Shown: positions 51,196 to 64,000 of the stretch, piece after piece | How the letters are laid out: the number at the start of each line of letters is the position of its first letter | How positions within the stretch are numbered: the stretch's first letter is position 1 | From: Candidatus Spongiisociaceae bacterium | GTDB lineage: Bacteria > Actinomycetota > Acidimicrobiia > Spongiisociales > Spongiisociaceae | Direction of reading: 5' to 3' | Assembly (NCBI GenBank): GCA_965262915.1 | Contig: OZ253564.1 | Coordinates: 1,888,001 to 1,952,000, forward strand | Length of the DNA: 64,000 nucleotides | Position numbers and translations under genes: made by a program | The notes under the pieces: model-generated | Told to the model about the DNA's origin: nothing | What the model saw: only the letters and a program-made list of their open reading frames with translations | The model's database searches: none

Positions 51196-54100
51196 ATGAA
51201 GAAAATCATGGCTGCCAACCGGGGCGAGATCGCCATTCGAATCATGCGGGCGGCGACCGAGTTGGGCCTTCGCACCGCGACGATCTACTCCAACGAAGAC
51301 CGCCTCAGCCTGCACCGGTTCAAGGCGGACGAAGCCTACGAGATCGGTAGCGACAAGGGACCGGTGGCTGCCTACCTGGACGTGGACGGCATCATCGCTC
51401 TGGCCAGGGAACGCGGGGTAGACGCCATCCACCCCGGTTACGGATTCCTCTCGGAGAACAGCAGGTTCTCGCGGGCCTGCGCCGATGCCGGTATCACCTT
51501 CGTCGGGCCGACGCCCGAACTGCTCGAGGCGCTCGGCGACAAGACGGCGGCGCGCCGGCTGGCACGGAAGGCCGGCGTTCCGACCGTTCCCGGCACCGGC
51601 CTGGTGCCCGATGACCCGGACCGGATCCTGCAGATGGCCGAGTCGGTGGGATATCCCCTGATCGTAAAGGCGTCCTTCGGGGGCGGCGGCCGGGGTATGC
51701 GGGTCGTGAGCGGCCGTGACAAGCTCCTGGGCAGGCTGGAGGAGGCCCGGGGGGAGGCCCAGCGCACCTTCGGCGACGGATCCGTGTTCCTCGAGCGTTA
51801 CATCGCCCGGGCGCGTCACATCGAGGTTCAGATCCTGGCCGATGTGCACGGATCCGTGGTCCACCTGTGGGAGCGGGACTGCTCGGTCCAGCGGCGACAC
51901 CAGAAGGTGGTAGAGCTCGCTCCGGCGCCCAACCTCTCCGACGAACTGCGCGACGAGATCTGCGCGGCGGCGATCCGCGTCGCCCGCACGACCGGCTACG
52001 TCAACGCCGGCACCGTCGAGTTCCTGGTGGACGCGGACACCGGCGAGTGGTTCTTCATCGAGGTGAACCCGCGCATACAGGTGGAGCACACCGTCACCGA
52101 GGTGGTGACCGGCATCGACCTGGTGCGGTCCCAGTTCCTGGTGGCACAGGGTTGCCGGCTGCACAAGGCACCCCTGTCGATCCCGCAGCAGCACGAGATC
52201 CCCCGGCGAGGCACCGCCATCCAATGCCGGATCACAACCGAGGATCCCGAGAACGAGTTCTCGCCCGACTACGGCCGCCTCCAGACGTTCCGCACCGCCG
52301 GAGGGTTGGGTATCCGCCTCGACGGGACGGCCTATGCCGGCGCGGTCCTCAGCCCGTTCTACGATTCGCTCCTGGTCAAGCTCACCGCCTGGGACGCCGA
52401 CGTTTCCGGTGCCTGCACCCGGGCCGACCGCGCTCTTCAGGAGTTCCGCATCCGGGGCGTCAAGACCAACATCGGGTTCCTGCGGAACGTGGTCAACCAC
52501 GAGGACTTCCAGAACGGGGCGGTGACGACGCACTTCCTCGACGAGACGCCCGAGTTGTTCGATTTGAAGCCGGCCCGCGACCGAGCCAACCGGTTGCTCA
52601 GCTTCATCGGTGACACCATCCTCAACGGGAACCCCACCGTGGCGGGGAAGGACCATCCCAAGAAGCTCAAGCCTCCCCTGGCGGTGCCGTTCGAGCAGGG
52701 CTCGGATCCGCCACCCGGTACGCGCCAACTCCTGCTGGAGTTGGGACCCGACCGCTTCGCCCAGTGGGTGTGGGACCGCAAGTGCTTGCTGGTAACCGAC
52801 ACGACCTTCCGTGACGCGCACCAGTCCCTGCTGGCGACCCGGGTCCGTACCTACGATCTGCTGGGGACGGCCCGGGCTGTGGCGAGGCGGCTACCGAACC
52901 TGTTCAGCGTCGAGATGTGGGGAGACGCCACCTTCGACGCCGCGCTCCGCTTCCTCTACGAAGACCCGTGGGAGCGCCTGCGCCTGCTGCGCGAGGCGAT
53001 CCCGAACATCTGCTTCCAGATGCTGCTCCGAGCCTCCAACGCGGTGGGCTACACCAGCTACCCGGACAACGTCGTGCGCGATTTCACGATCGAAGCCGCC
53101 CGGCAGGGCATTGATGTGTTCCGGGTCTTCGACTCGCTCAATGACGTGAGGAACATGGAGGTGGCCATCGATACGGTACGCAGCACGCACGCTGTCTGCG
53201 AGGCCGCCATCTGTTACACCGGCGACATCCTCGATCCGAGCCGTCCCAAGTACAGCCTCGACTACTACGTGGACCTGGCCGGCCAACTCAAGGAGATGGG
53301 CACGCACATGCTCTGCATCAAGGACATGGCGGGGCTGTGCCGACCGTATGCAGCCGCCCGGTTGGTGCGGGTGCTGCGGGAGGAAGTAGGCCTGCCGATC
53401 CACTTCCACACCCACGATGCGAGCGGAGTGCAGGCGGCGACCCTGATCAAGGGCGGCGAGGCCGGGATCGATGTGATCGACGCGGCCGTGGCGGCGGTGT
53501 CGGGCTCGACCAGCCAGCCGAACCTCAACACGATCGTTGGTTCTCTCAAAGGCACGGAGCGCGACACCGGGCTCGACTCGGACGCCTTGGGCGACTGTTC
53601 GCTCTACTGGGAGACGGTCCGCACCTATTACAGGCCGTTCGACAACTCGCCCAAGTCCGGGAGCGCCCGGCTATACGACCACGAGATCCCGGGCGGCCAG
53701 TTCACCAACCTCCAGCAGCAGGCCGCGGCCCTGGGTCTCGGTCAACGCTGGCGGGAGGTCGAGGAGATGTATGCGGATGTCAACCGGATGCTGGGCGACA
53801 TCGTCAAGGTGACTCCGTCCAGCAAGGTGGTGGGCGATCTGGCCCTGTTCCTGCTTGCCAAGGGCATGACCTGCGACGAGGTACGGAGGCTACCGGCGGA
53901 GCACAATGTCGGGTTCCCCGAGTCGGTGGTCGACATGATGCGGGGGTCCCTAGGTGAGCCTCCCGGCGGGTGGCCACCGGACATCCGGGAGATCCTGCTC
54001 TGCCGCAACGAACCGATCGACGGGAGGGCGGGCGAGAGCTTGCCCGGGGCCGATATCGATGCGGCCGTAGTGGCGGCGGGAGAGTTGCTCGGGCGGGAGG

Positions 54101-54724
54101 CGGAGTGGGCGGACGGTCTCAGCTACCTGCTGTACCCGAATGAGTTCGCCCGCTTCGCCGAGACGCGCCGCCGCTACGCCGATGTCGGGGTGCTTCCCAC
54201 TCCGGTGTTCTTCTACGGGCTGGAGGAGGGCGAGGAGTGCATGTTCGACATCGAGCCCGGCAAACGCCTCATCGTCAAGTTCCATACGATCGGTGAACCT
54301 CAGCCCGACGGTACCCGCATGATCTTCTTCGATCTCAACGGGCAGCCCCGTGAGATACGGGTTCGCGACATGTCGCTCCAGGCCGACAAGCCGGCCGCTC
54401 GCAAGGCCGACGGCAGCACCCGAACCATCTCGGCGCGCCGACGCCGGGCGTGGTGACCGGCCTCTTCGTCACCGTGGGAGACGAGGTGACGGCCAATACC
54501 AAGCTGCTGACCCTCGAAGCGATGAAGATGCAGAGCACCATCTACGCGCCCGACTCGGGTCGGGTCGGGTCGAGGAGATACTGGTGGAGGCGGGGAGCCG
54601 GGTGGACGCCAAGGACCTGCTCCTCATCATAGACCAGGTGTCAGGTGTCAGGTGTCAGGTGTCAGGTGTCAGGCCACTGACCACCGACAACTGGCGGCTG
54701 ACCACCGGCTACCGGCGCCGGTAG
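51196..54724 (+). pseudogene. pyc: Pyruvate carboxylase with two frameshifts in the biotin-carrier region
   Basis: ANRGEIAIR, RDCSVQRRHQK, DTTFRDAHQSL, IKDMAG, HFHTHD, VKVTPSSKVVGD. Frameshifts at ~54417 and at the (GGGTC)3 tract ~54557; EAMKM lies in a different frame. Confidence 0.88.
54635..54724. repeat. Heptamer tandem repeat (CAGGTGT)5 plus degenerate complementary heptamers (CTGACCA-like)
   Basis: Read directly; lies between convergent genes. Confidence 0.9.
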
Positions 54725-55612
54725 CTACTCCAGTCCGAACATCACCTCTCGCAGGTTGACCGTGGTGGTGTGGAAGCTGTTCGGGTCGAGTCGGGCCGAG
54801 CCGATCCGAAGGCCCGCCATTCCCTCCGCGAAGGAGGTGGTGACCCGGAGCCCGGTGTCGTCGTGGTCCAGAACCCCGAGACCCAGGCAGCGTCCGGCCC
54901 GGTCATGGACGCCCACTATGAGGCGGTCGAGCCGGGACTGGTCGAAGCCGGCGGGAAGGCTGGGGGCGAACACCGTCGGGCGTACCCTCCAGCGTTGCAG
55001 CGACTCCTCCACGGCCAGCAGGAAGCTGGCGGCGCGCAGTTCCATCCGCTCGCCGGGGCTCATGGGTATCACGCCCCGAGGGGCCGGAACCGTCACGATT
55101 TCGGCGGACAGGAAGCGCCGCAGGAGACCTACCAGGGGTTCCATCTCGGACCCTCGCTGGAGGGCCACCACCATATCGGGGCGCGTCAACTCCACCTTGT
55201 GGTATTTGAGCGACTGGCCCGTCACCCCGGAGATCCGGCCGCAGGTGTCGATCACTATGAGGTCCGCCTCGGCCCGGGCCGAGTCCACCAGAGCGGCCAC
55301 GCCCGCTACCTGCTGGAGCCGGAACCGATCCGGCTCGATCCCTCCCACGAAACGGAGTTCGTCGGCCGCAGCCATGGTCGTCAGGTCGTCCGGTGAGCGC
55401 AGCCACTTCAAGCCGACACATGTGGGAGGCCCGACCGTGGTGCGGGCGAGGTCGCTGTCGATGTACGCCACCGTCCGCCCGAACTCGAGGGCCGATCCGA
55501 CCAGCATGCGCGAGAAGGTGGTCTTGCCGGTGTCGGGCCCGCCGATCATCATCACGACGCCGCCGCTATCGGCGAGTCGTGCGGCGAGGTCGACGTGAAC
55601 AGGATCGCCCAT
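54725..55612 (-). CDS. Clp1/Grc3-like polynucleotide 5'-kinase family P-loop protein
   Basis: IGGPDTGKTT, IDSDLARTTVGPPTCVGL, VIDTCG..SG, ERMELR, GRCLGLG. Confidence 0.8.
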   Translation of the reverse strand: MGDPVHVDLAARLADSGGVVMMIGGPDTGKTTFSRMLVGSALEFGRTVAYIDSDLARTTVGPPTCVGLKWLRSPDDLTTMAAADELRFVGGIEPDRFRLQQVAGVAALVDSARAEADLIVIDTCGRISGVTGQSLKYHKVELTRPDMVVALQRGSEMEPLVGLLRRFLSAEIVTVPAPRGVIPMSPGERMELRAASFLLAVEESLQRWRVRPTVFAPSLPAGFDQSRLDRLIVGVHDRAGRCLGLGVLDHDDTGLRVTTSFAEGMAGLRIGSARLDPNSFHTTTVNLREVMFGLE

Positions 55613-55754
55613 GGTTCAATGCTAAACGGACCGGCGTACGGCTTCGCTACCGGCCGGGAGTAGCACTCTCCTGGGAGAGTGTCAGCAACCCACCTGCGCC
55701 CCGTTGCTCAGCCGGAGAGTGGACGGTCATCCGGCGACGGTCCATCAGCAATCG

Positions 55755-56471
55755 TCATCGGTCAGCGTTGTGCTCGCGGAGGCCGCGGCGGAGAAGCGCC
55801 AGCCCTCGCAGGGTGCGGGGGACTCGGCGGAGGAGTGAGGAGCGGGCCTCTCGCAACTCCTCTACGACGACCGGGACTTCGGCTATCCGGTAACCGGCTC
55901 GCTCCGCACGCAATATCAGTTCGGTGTCGAACAGGTCGTTTGTCAACCGCACATCGGGAAGCAGTTGCTGGGCCGTCGAGGCGCGAAGCGCCTTCATGCC
56001 ATGGGTGTCGCTGAGGTTGGAGCCCACCACCGTACGCAGCAGGAAGTTGAAGACCGTGGTGGCCAGCCGGCGAATCCGGGGTCGGCGGTCCTGCGAACCG
56101 GGTGCCCGCTTGGATCCGATGACCACGTCGTTGCAGTCTGCCAACTCGGTCACCGTTCCGATGAAGGCACCCGAGTAGTAGTCGATGTCGAACACCACCA
56201 GCCAGCCCCGGGAGCCGGCGGCTTCCATCCCGGTCCGGATTGCCAGCCCGTAGTCGGCTACCGGGAGTCTGATGACATCGAGCCGGGGATCCGAGCCGGC
56301 CTCGACCACGGCTTCCGCATAGGTAGTGTCGGTGGAGCCGTTCTCGACCAGGATGATCCGGTAGTCAGCCGAGGTGGCGTCGACTTCCTGTCTCATCTTG
56401 TCGAGGGCCGGTCCCATGAATCCCGACTCGTTATGAACCGGGACGATGATGGTGAGGAATGGTTCGGTCAT
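55755..56471 (-). CDS. Glycosyltransferase family 2 (DPM/DPG synthase-like)
   Basis: IIVPVHNE, VENGSTDTT, FDID, VIGSK, SDTHGMK, FDTELI. Confidence 0.9.
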   Translation of the reverse strand: MTEPFLTIIVPVHNESGFMGPALDKMRQEVDATSADYRIILVENGSTDTTYAEAVVEAGSDPRLDVIRLPVADYGLAIRTGMEAAGSRGWLVVFDIDYYSGAFIGTVTELADCNDVVIGSKRAPGSQDRRPRIRRLATTVFNFLLRTVVGSNLSDTHGMKALRASTAQQLLPDVRLTNDLFDTELILRAERAGYRIAEVPVVVEELREARSSLLRRVPRTLRGLALLRRGLREHNADR

Positions 56472-56647
56472 AGCGTTGCGGGTTGGAGTGTAGATTCGGA
56501 GCGTTCGGTGTTTCTCCGGAATGCCCCTGCAGGTGACACCGGGTCTCGGCCTGCCGAGGATTGGTTCGGGGGCCGGCCGGTCCACCACCGGTGCCTCGAT
56601 CAGTGACAGAATGCCGCTTGACGGACCACGGGTACGGCAAGGCGGTC

Positions 56648-58012
56648 ATGGAACGGAACGACATCGATACCTTCGACACGATCTTCAAGGCTTATGACGT
56701 GCGGGGCCGCGTCGACACGGGGGAACTGGATGAGGAGGCCGCGGAGAGGATAGGCGCGGGATTCGCCCGTTACACCGGCGCGGCCGCGGTCGCCCTCGGC
56801 CGTGACTGCCGTCCTTCCTCGCCGTCGCTGGCGGCGGCGTTCGCGGCCGGGGTCACATCGCAGGAGGTGGATGTCGCGGACCTGGGCCAGGTGCCGACAG
56901 AGGTCGTCTACTTCCACTCGGGTCGGAACGAGGTCCCGGGCGCCGTGGTCACGGCCTCCCACAACCCTGCCGGTTACAACGGGTTCAAGCTGTGTCACCG
57001 GGGTGCGGCTCCGATAGGCGCCGGCACCGGGCTCGAGGAGATCAGGGAGTTCGCCCGCCGGGCGGTACCGGGTTCGCCCGCCGGGCGGAGGGGGCGGGTG
57101 GCGGCGTTCGATGCGATGCCGGGGTTTCTTGAACATCTCACCGGGATCGTCGATCCGGCCGGTATCGGGCGGTTGCGGGTTGCGGTGGACGCCGGCAACG
57201 GGATGGCGGGCCTGGTCCTCGGGGATTTGTTCGGACGCTTGGATGCCCGGATGACGGGTCTCTATCTCGAACCGGATGGTTCCTTTCCCAACCATCCCGC
57301 CGATCCCCTCGACCCGGACAACCTGGCCGACCTGGCCGAGTCGGTCCTCTCCGGAGCGGCCGACGTCGGGGTGGCGTTCGATGGTGATGCCGACAGGGCG
57401 GTATTCGTGGACGAAGCCGGAGTGCCGCTCCCGGGGAGTACCACGACCGCCATCATCTCGGGTTGGTTTCTCCGGCGTCGCCCGGGTGCCCGCATCGTCC
57501 ATAACCTGATCTGTTCCAGGAACGTGGCCGAGACCATCCGCGCCGCGGGGGGAGTGCCCGTCCGCACGAGGGTCGGCCACTCGTTCATCAAGGCGGTGAT
57601 GGCCGAGACGGGGGCGGTGTTCGGAGGGGAGCACTCGGGTCACTACTACTTCCGGGACAACTACGGCGCCGACAGCGGGATGCTGGCCATGCTGGTGCTG
57701 ATGACGGTGCTCACCGAAGCAGGCGCGCCATTGTCGGAGTTGCGTCGTAGCTACGAGCCGTACGCGATGTCGGGCGAGATCAACACCGAGGTGGCGGATC
57801 CGGGGGCCGCAATCGAAGCGGTGGCGGCTGCGTATGCGGATGTTCCCCAAGACCGGCTGGATGGCCTCACCGTCGACCTGGGGGATCGCTGGTTCAACCT
57901 GCGGCCCAGCAATACCGAGCCGCTCCTACGGCTCAACGCGGAAGCCCCGGACCGGAGGGCGGTGGCTGTGCTGGCGGCCGACGTAGGTGAGATGATCTCC
58001 CGATTCCGGTAG
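56648..58012 (+). CDS. manB: Phosphomannomutase/phosphoglucomutase
   Basis: FKAYDVRG, TASHNP, FDGDADR, GGEHSGH, RPSNTEP. Confidence 0.95.
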   Translation: MERNDIDTFDTIFKAYDVRGRVDTGELDEEAAERIGAGFARYTGAAAVALGRDCRPSSPSLAAAFAAGVTSQEVDVADLGQVPTEVVYFHSGRNEVPGAVVTASHNPAGYNGFKLCHRGAAPIGAGTGLEEIREFARRAVPGSPAGRRGRVAAFDAMPGFLEHLTGIVDPAGIGRLRVAVDAGNGMAGLVLGDLFGRLDARMTGLYLEPDGSFPNHPADPLDPDNLADLAESVLSGAADVGVAFDGDADRAVFVDEAGVPLPGSTTTAIISGWFLRRRPGARIVHNLICSRNVAETIRAAGGVPVRTRVGHSFIKAVMAETGAVFGGEHSGHYYFRDNYGADSGMLAMLVLMTVLTEAGAPLSELRRSYEPYAMSGEINTEVADPGAAIEAVAAAYADVPQDRLDGLTVDLGDRWFNLRPSNTEPLLRLNAEAPDRRAVAVLAADVGEMISRFR

Positions 58013-58132
58013 CGGGATGCCAGGTTCGTCGACATGACCTCGCGGCGCCGGCTCGGTTCGTGCGGGGCTGAACCGGTGTGACCGTCGCCCGGTGGCGTCG
58101 GGATGTCACAGCGGCTCGTTACTTTTTAGGTC

Positions 58133-58735
58133 ATGGTCTGCGTCGTGTGCGGATGGTTGAGGGGACGGGTGGTGGAGACACGCGGACTCCGGGGGAGGGC
58201 GGCGGGCGGTGCCCTATGCCTGAGTTGCACCCGGTCGCTACGTCGCGCCGAAGATGTGAGGCTCGAGTCAGGTCTCTTGGTCCGGTCGCTCTTCGTTCAC
58301 GAAGGACCCGCCCGGTCGGCCGTGCACGCTCTGAAGTATCGGGGAGCCGACCGCATCGCCGCGGTACTGGCCCCACGCCTCGCCGGTCTCCTGCCCGACG
58401 GTACGTCGGCCGTGGTTCCGGTGCCTCGCGCCCTGGTACGAAGGATCCGCTTCGGGATCGATCCCGGTCGGGTTCTCGCCCGGGAGGTGGGGCGCGTCGC
58501 CGGACTGCCCGTCGCGGATGTGCTGCGCGCTCCCGTGCACCACCGGAGCCAGCTGCAGGTACGAAGAGCCGAGGGCCTCCGGTTCCGGCCGGTCGGTCAC
58601 GCCCCCGGCCACGCGGTCCTGATCGACGATGTCCTGACCACCGGCGCCACCCTCGACGCGGCCGCCGCGGCGTGCCGAGGATCGGTCTCGAGGGCGATCA
58701 CGTTGACCCGGTCACCCGCCACCGGTGGCCGGTGA
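58133..58735 (+). CDS. comF: ComF family phosphoribosyltransferase-like protein
   Basis: N-term CVVC..CLSC, VHALKY, VVPVP, LIDDVLTTGAT. Confidence 0.85.
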   Translation: MVCVVCGWLRGRVVETRGLRGRAAGGALCLSCTRSLRRAEDVRLESGLLVRSLFVHEGPARSAVHALKYRGADRIAAVLAPRLAGLLPDGTSAVVPVPRALVRRIRFGIDPGRVLAREVGRVAGLPVADVLRAPVHHRSQLQVRRAEGLRFRPVGHAPGHAVLIDDVLTTGATLDAAAAACRGSVSRAITLTRSPATGGR

Positions 58736-58776
58736 CCGGGTTCCTGCTACCTGTCACCGGCTACTAATGTCGTGGC

Positions 58777-59337
58777 ATGGAGGTGCGGGTACACGGACGC
58801 GGGGTCCGGATCACCGAGCGAATCCGTACCTACGCGGTGGCGAAGGTGGTCCGATCAGCCAGATTCTTCAACCGGCTGGGTGATGTAGATGTGAATCTCA
58901 TCTCGGTTGACCCGCCCCAAGCGGGTAAGCGTTTCCGAGCCGAGTTGTCGACCCGCTCGGCGCGGCACAGCGTACGAGCCGCGGGTGACGGAGACACGAT
59001 GGAGCATGCTCTGGATGTTGCCGCCGACCGCTTCGGCGCCCGTCTCCGGCGCCTTGGTGAGCGGTTGACCGAGCGGCGCAGGCAACGAACTGGGAGCCCG
59101 GCGACGGACGGGACACGGGGTGGGGATCTCGGTGAAGCGTCCGCACCCGCCGACCGTATCCGCGAGATTGTGCGGGTGCGCCCCTCCGCGGACAAACCGA
59201 TGACCCCCGAAGACGCCGCCCTGGTCATGGACCAGCAAGGCCACTCGTTCCTTGTATTCACCAATGCCGAGACCGGCCGGTTCGGGGTTCTTTACCGGCG
59301 AAACGATGGCAGGCTGGGGCTGATCGAGCCGGAATGA
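58777..59337 (+). CDS. hpf: Ribosome hibernation promoting factor (long HPF)
   Basis: VHGRGVRIT, KPMTPEDA...GHSFLVF...VLYRRNDG.LGLIEP. Confidence 0.92.
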   Translation: MEVRVHGRGVRITERIRTYAVAKVVRSARFFNRLGDVDVNLISVDPPQAGKRFRAELSTRSARHSVRAAGDGDTMEHALDVAADRFGARLRRLGERLTERRRQRTGSPATDGTRGGDLGEASAPADRIREIVRVRPSADKPMTPEDAALVMDQQGHSFLVFTNAETGRFGVLYRRNDGRLGLIEPE

Positions 59338-59494
59338 GGCAATGGCGGCGGCACCGCCGGAGTGAAGGAGAATGCTCGACGATGACGATTTCCGTTGGTC
59401 TGCCGCCGGACGACCCGGTTCCCGGTTCGATAGCATGTAATCGATCCGTTCCTCCCGGCGGATCCCCCGATTGACCCCGAAAGAACGGTGAGCG

Positions 59495-62133
<2,639 letters not shown>

Positions 62134-62137
<4 letters not shown>

Positions 62138-62364
62138 CCGTCCTTCTTCTTGAAGGACTTGGCGTAGTTCTGGTGGCCCTCTTCGATTTGCGTGTATACG
62201 GCGCCAGTGGCGCTGTAACCACCTCCGGAACCAGTGCCACCCATGCCAGGACCACTTGAGTGAAGTGCGTCCTTGGCGGTCCTGGCGAGCGAATCGTCCA
62301 CGCTCGGAGCGGGAGGCTGCCAGTTCTTGTTCAGCAGCAAGCGGAAGAATCGTCTCAGGCTCAT
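62134..62364 (-). CDS. Small hypothetical protein (76 aa)
   Basis: RBS GAGGAGGGG before the ATG; MSLRRFFRLLLN...; stop overlaps the secA stop (CTAG). Confidence 0.5.
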
Positions 62365-62440
62365 CTTGCTCCCCTCCTCTTCCCCGGGCGACATGGTACT
62401 CGGGTTGCTGGTACACGGCTCCGAGAACGGGTGAACAGGA

Positions 62441-62773
62441 TCAGACGTTACCCGCCGGCCGGTTGCGGGAGTCGTGGTTCCAATCCTCGATGCAGCGCTC
62501 CACCAGTGGTACCGGATGGACCGACCTGGTGAGGTCGCCGGCGGAGACGAACACGCTGGGCGGGATCTTCGGATCGAAGGAACGCAGGTAGGCGGGGCCG
62601 TCTTCCTCGAGCCGCCTCCAGGCGGCGGACCACTGGAACCCGGTCGGGCCGATGATATGGCGAGCCGCGGTATGGATATCGCGGGGGAGTTGGCGGACGC
62701 CCGCACGGCGGGCCATCCATTCCGCGATGAACTCCTTGCAGCATCTTCGGAGTGTTGTAACTGACTGTCTCAT
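62441..62773 (-). CDS. Hypothetical protein or gene fragment
   Basis: Protein-like ORF with no recognisable motif. Confidence 0.3.
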   Translation of the reverse strand: MRQSVTTLRRCCKEFIAEWMARRAGVRQLPRDIHTAARHIIGPTGFQWSAAWRRLEEDGPAYLRSFDPKIPPSVFVSAGDLTRSVHPVPLVERCIEDWNHDSRNRPAGNV

Positions 62774-62867
62774 AGCCCCAATCTAGTGGTCGGTGGCCGG
62801 TACTCCGCACTGGTCACCGACCACCCGCTACTGATCTCCGGCCGCCGGTGCTAGCCTTCCGCCCGTT

Positions 62868-64000
62868 ATGGATCGTCCCGACCCCCGCTCGATCATCGAA
62901 GACCTCCGCGCCCGGCTGTCCGATGCCCGGAGGTTCCTTTGATGTCGACGCGAAGGTCGCCGAACTGGCGGACCTCAGGGTGGCGGTCGCTCGCCCGAAC
63001 CTGTGGGACGATCCCGGCAACGCCACCCGCCTGACCCGCCGCCTGGGTCGGATCGAGCGGTTGGTCGCCCGGGTGGAGGCTCTGTCCGGAGAGTTGGAGG
63101 ACGCCGCGATCCTGGCGGATCTCGCCGATGAGGAGGACGACGCCGCCACGTTCGCAGAGGTAAGCGACGATCTGGTGTCGACCGCCCGGCGGATCTCCGA
63201 CCTGGAGTTGGAGTCGCTCTACTTCGGCGAGTACGACGACCATCCGGCAATACTGAGCGTGCATGCCGGCGCCGGGGGGGTGGACGCCCAGGACTGGGCG
63301 GAGATGATGCTCCGGATGTACACCCGCTACGTGGGCGTTGCGGGCCTCGACCACGAGATCGACGATCTCCAGCCGGGGGAGGAGGCCGGGATCAAGTCCG
63401 CCACGTTGACGGTGGAAGGCACCCACGCCTACGCCATCCTCGAGGCCGAGCGGGGCGTGCATCGGCTGGTACGCATCTCCCCGTTCGATTCCAACTCGCG
63501 GCGCCACACGTCGTTCGCGGGCGTGGACGTGGTGCCGCTGGTCGAGGACACGCGGGTCGAGATCGACAGCGAGGATCTACGTATAGACACCTACCGGTCG
63601 CAGGGCGCCGGCGGCCAGCACGTGAACACCACCGACTCCGCGGTCCGTCTTACCCACCTTCCGAGCGGGATTGTGGTGGCCTGCCAGGCGGAGCGGTCCC
63701 AGATCCAGAACCGGGCCAGGGCCATGGCGTTGCTCAGAGCCAAGCTGGCCGAACTGGCTCGTGAGGAGCAGCGACGGGAGCTGGACCAGATCAGGGGCGA
63801 GCAGACCGAGGCGGGGTGGGGACGCCAGATCCGTTCGTACGTACTCCAACCCTACCAACAGGTCAAGGATCTGAGGACGGGTCTCGAGATAGGCAACGTG
63901 TCGGGGGTGCTGAACGGGAACCTGGGCGGATTGACTGAGTCCTACCTCCATTGGCGGCGCGCCAACCGGGAGCGTCAGGACCGAGTATCCACCCAAAGAC
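62868..64000 (+). CDS. prfB: Peptide chain release factor 2 with programmed +1 frameshift; runs off right edge
   Basis: ATG 62868; GGAGG-TTC-CTT-TGA-T at 62929-62943; the +1 frame contains GGVDAQDW, RISPFD and GAGGQ. Confidence 0.95.

Noticed and set aside
55661-55690. GCACTCTC-CTGG-GAGAGTG palindrome like two head-to-head MITE ends
   Set aside because: No matching element body found; may be a footprint but is unsupported.

Overview
High-GC actinobacterial DNA. mshA-ybjN, guaB1, an LppM-like lipoprotein and comF-hpf-secA-prfB support this; the deep-branching Acidimicrobiia-like placement is inference only. The left half (1-31 kb) is a methylated-amine/C1 catabolic region. It holds a glycine-betaine ABC transporter with a decayed ATPase, fhs, a selenocysteine formate dehydrogenase split over three genes, a dimethylglycine-dehydrogenase-like GcvT/FAD enzyme with ETF, and a corrinoid methyltransferase operon (B12-binding protein, DUF1638, 'virulence factor' domain, pterin-binding MeTr, RACo/ASKHA, non-Pyl MttB, MetF, PabB-PabC). 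A shared tandem 17-bp palindromic operator links the proV/fhs divergon to the dehydrogenase/corrinoid divergon 20 kb away. The right half is mostly housekeeping (nrdJ, guaB1, mshA, pyc, manB, secA, prfB with +1 frameshift). It also has two odd fusions (HisA-like barrel + VOC; MoaD/ThiS + membrane domain) and a Clp1-like kinase. About 12 CTAG-targeting MITEs are scattered through the window: one in-frame in a gene, one supplying a start codon, one nested. Many accessory genes are pseudogenised. All assignments come from motif recognition by eye; no database searches were run.
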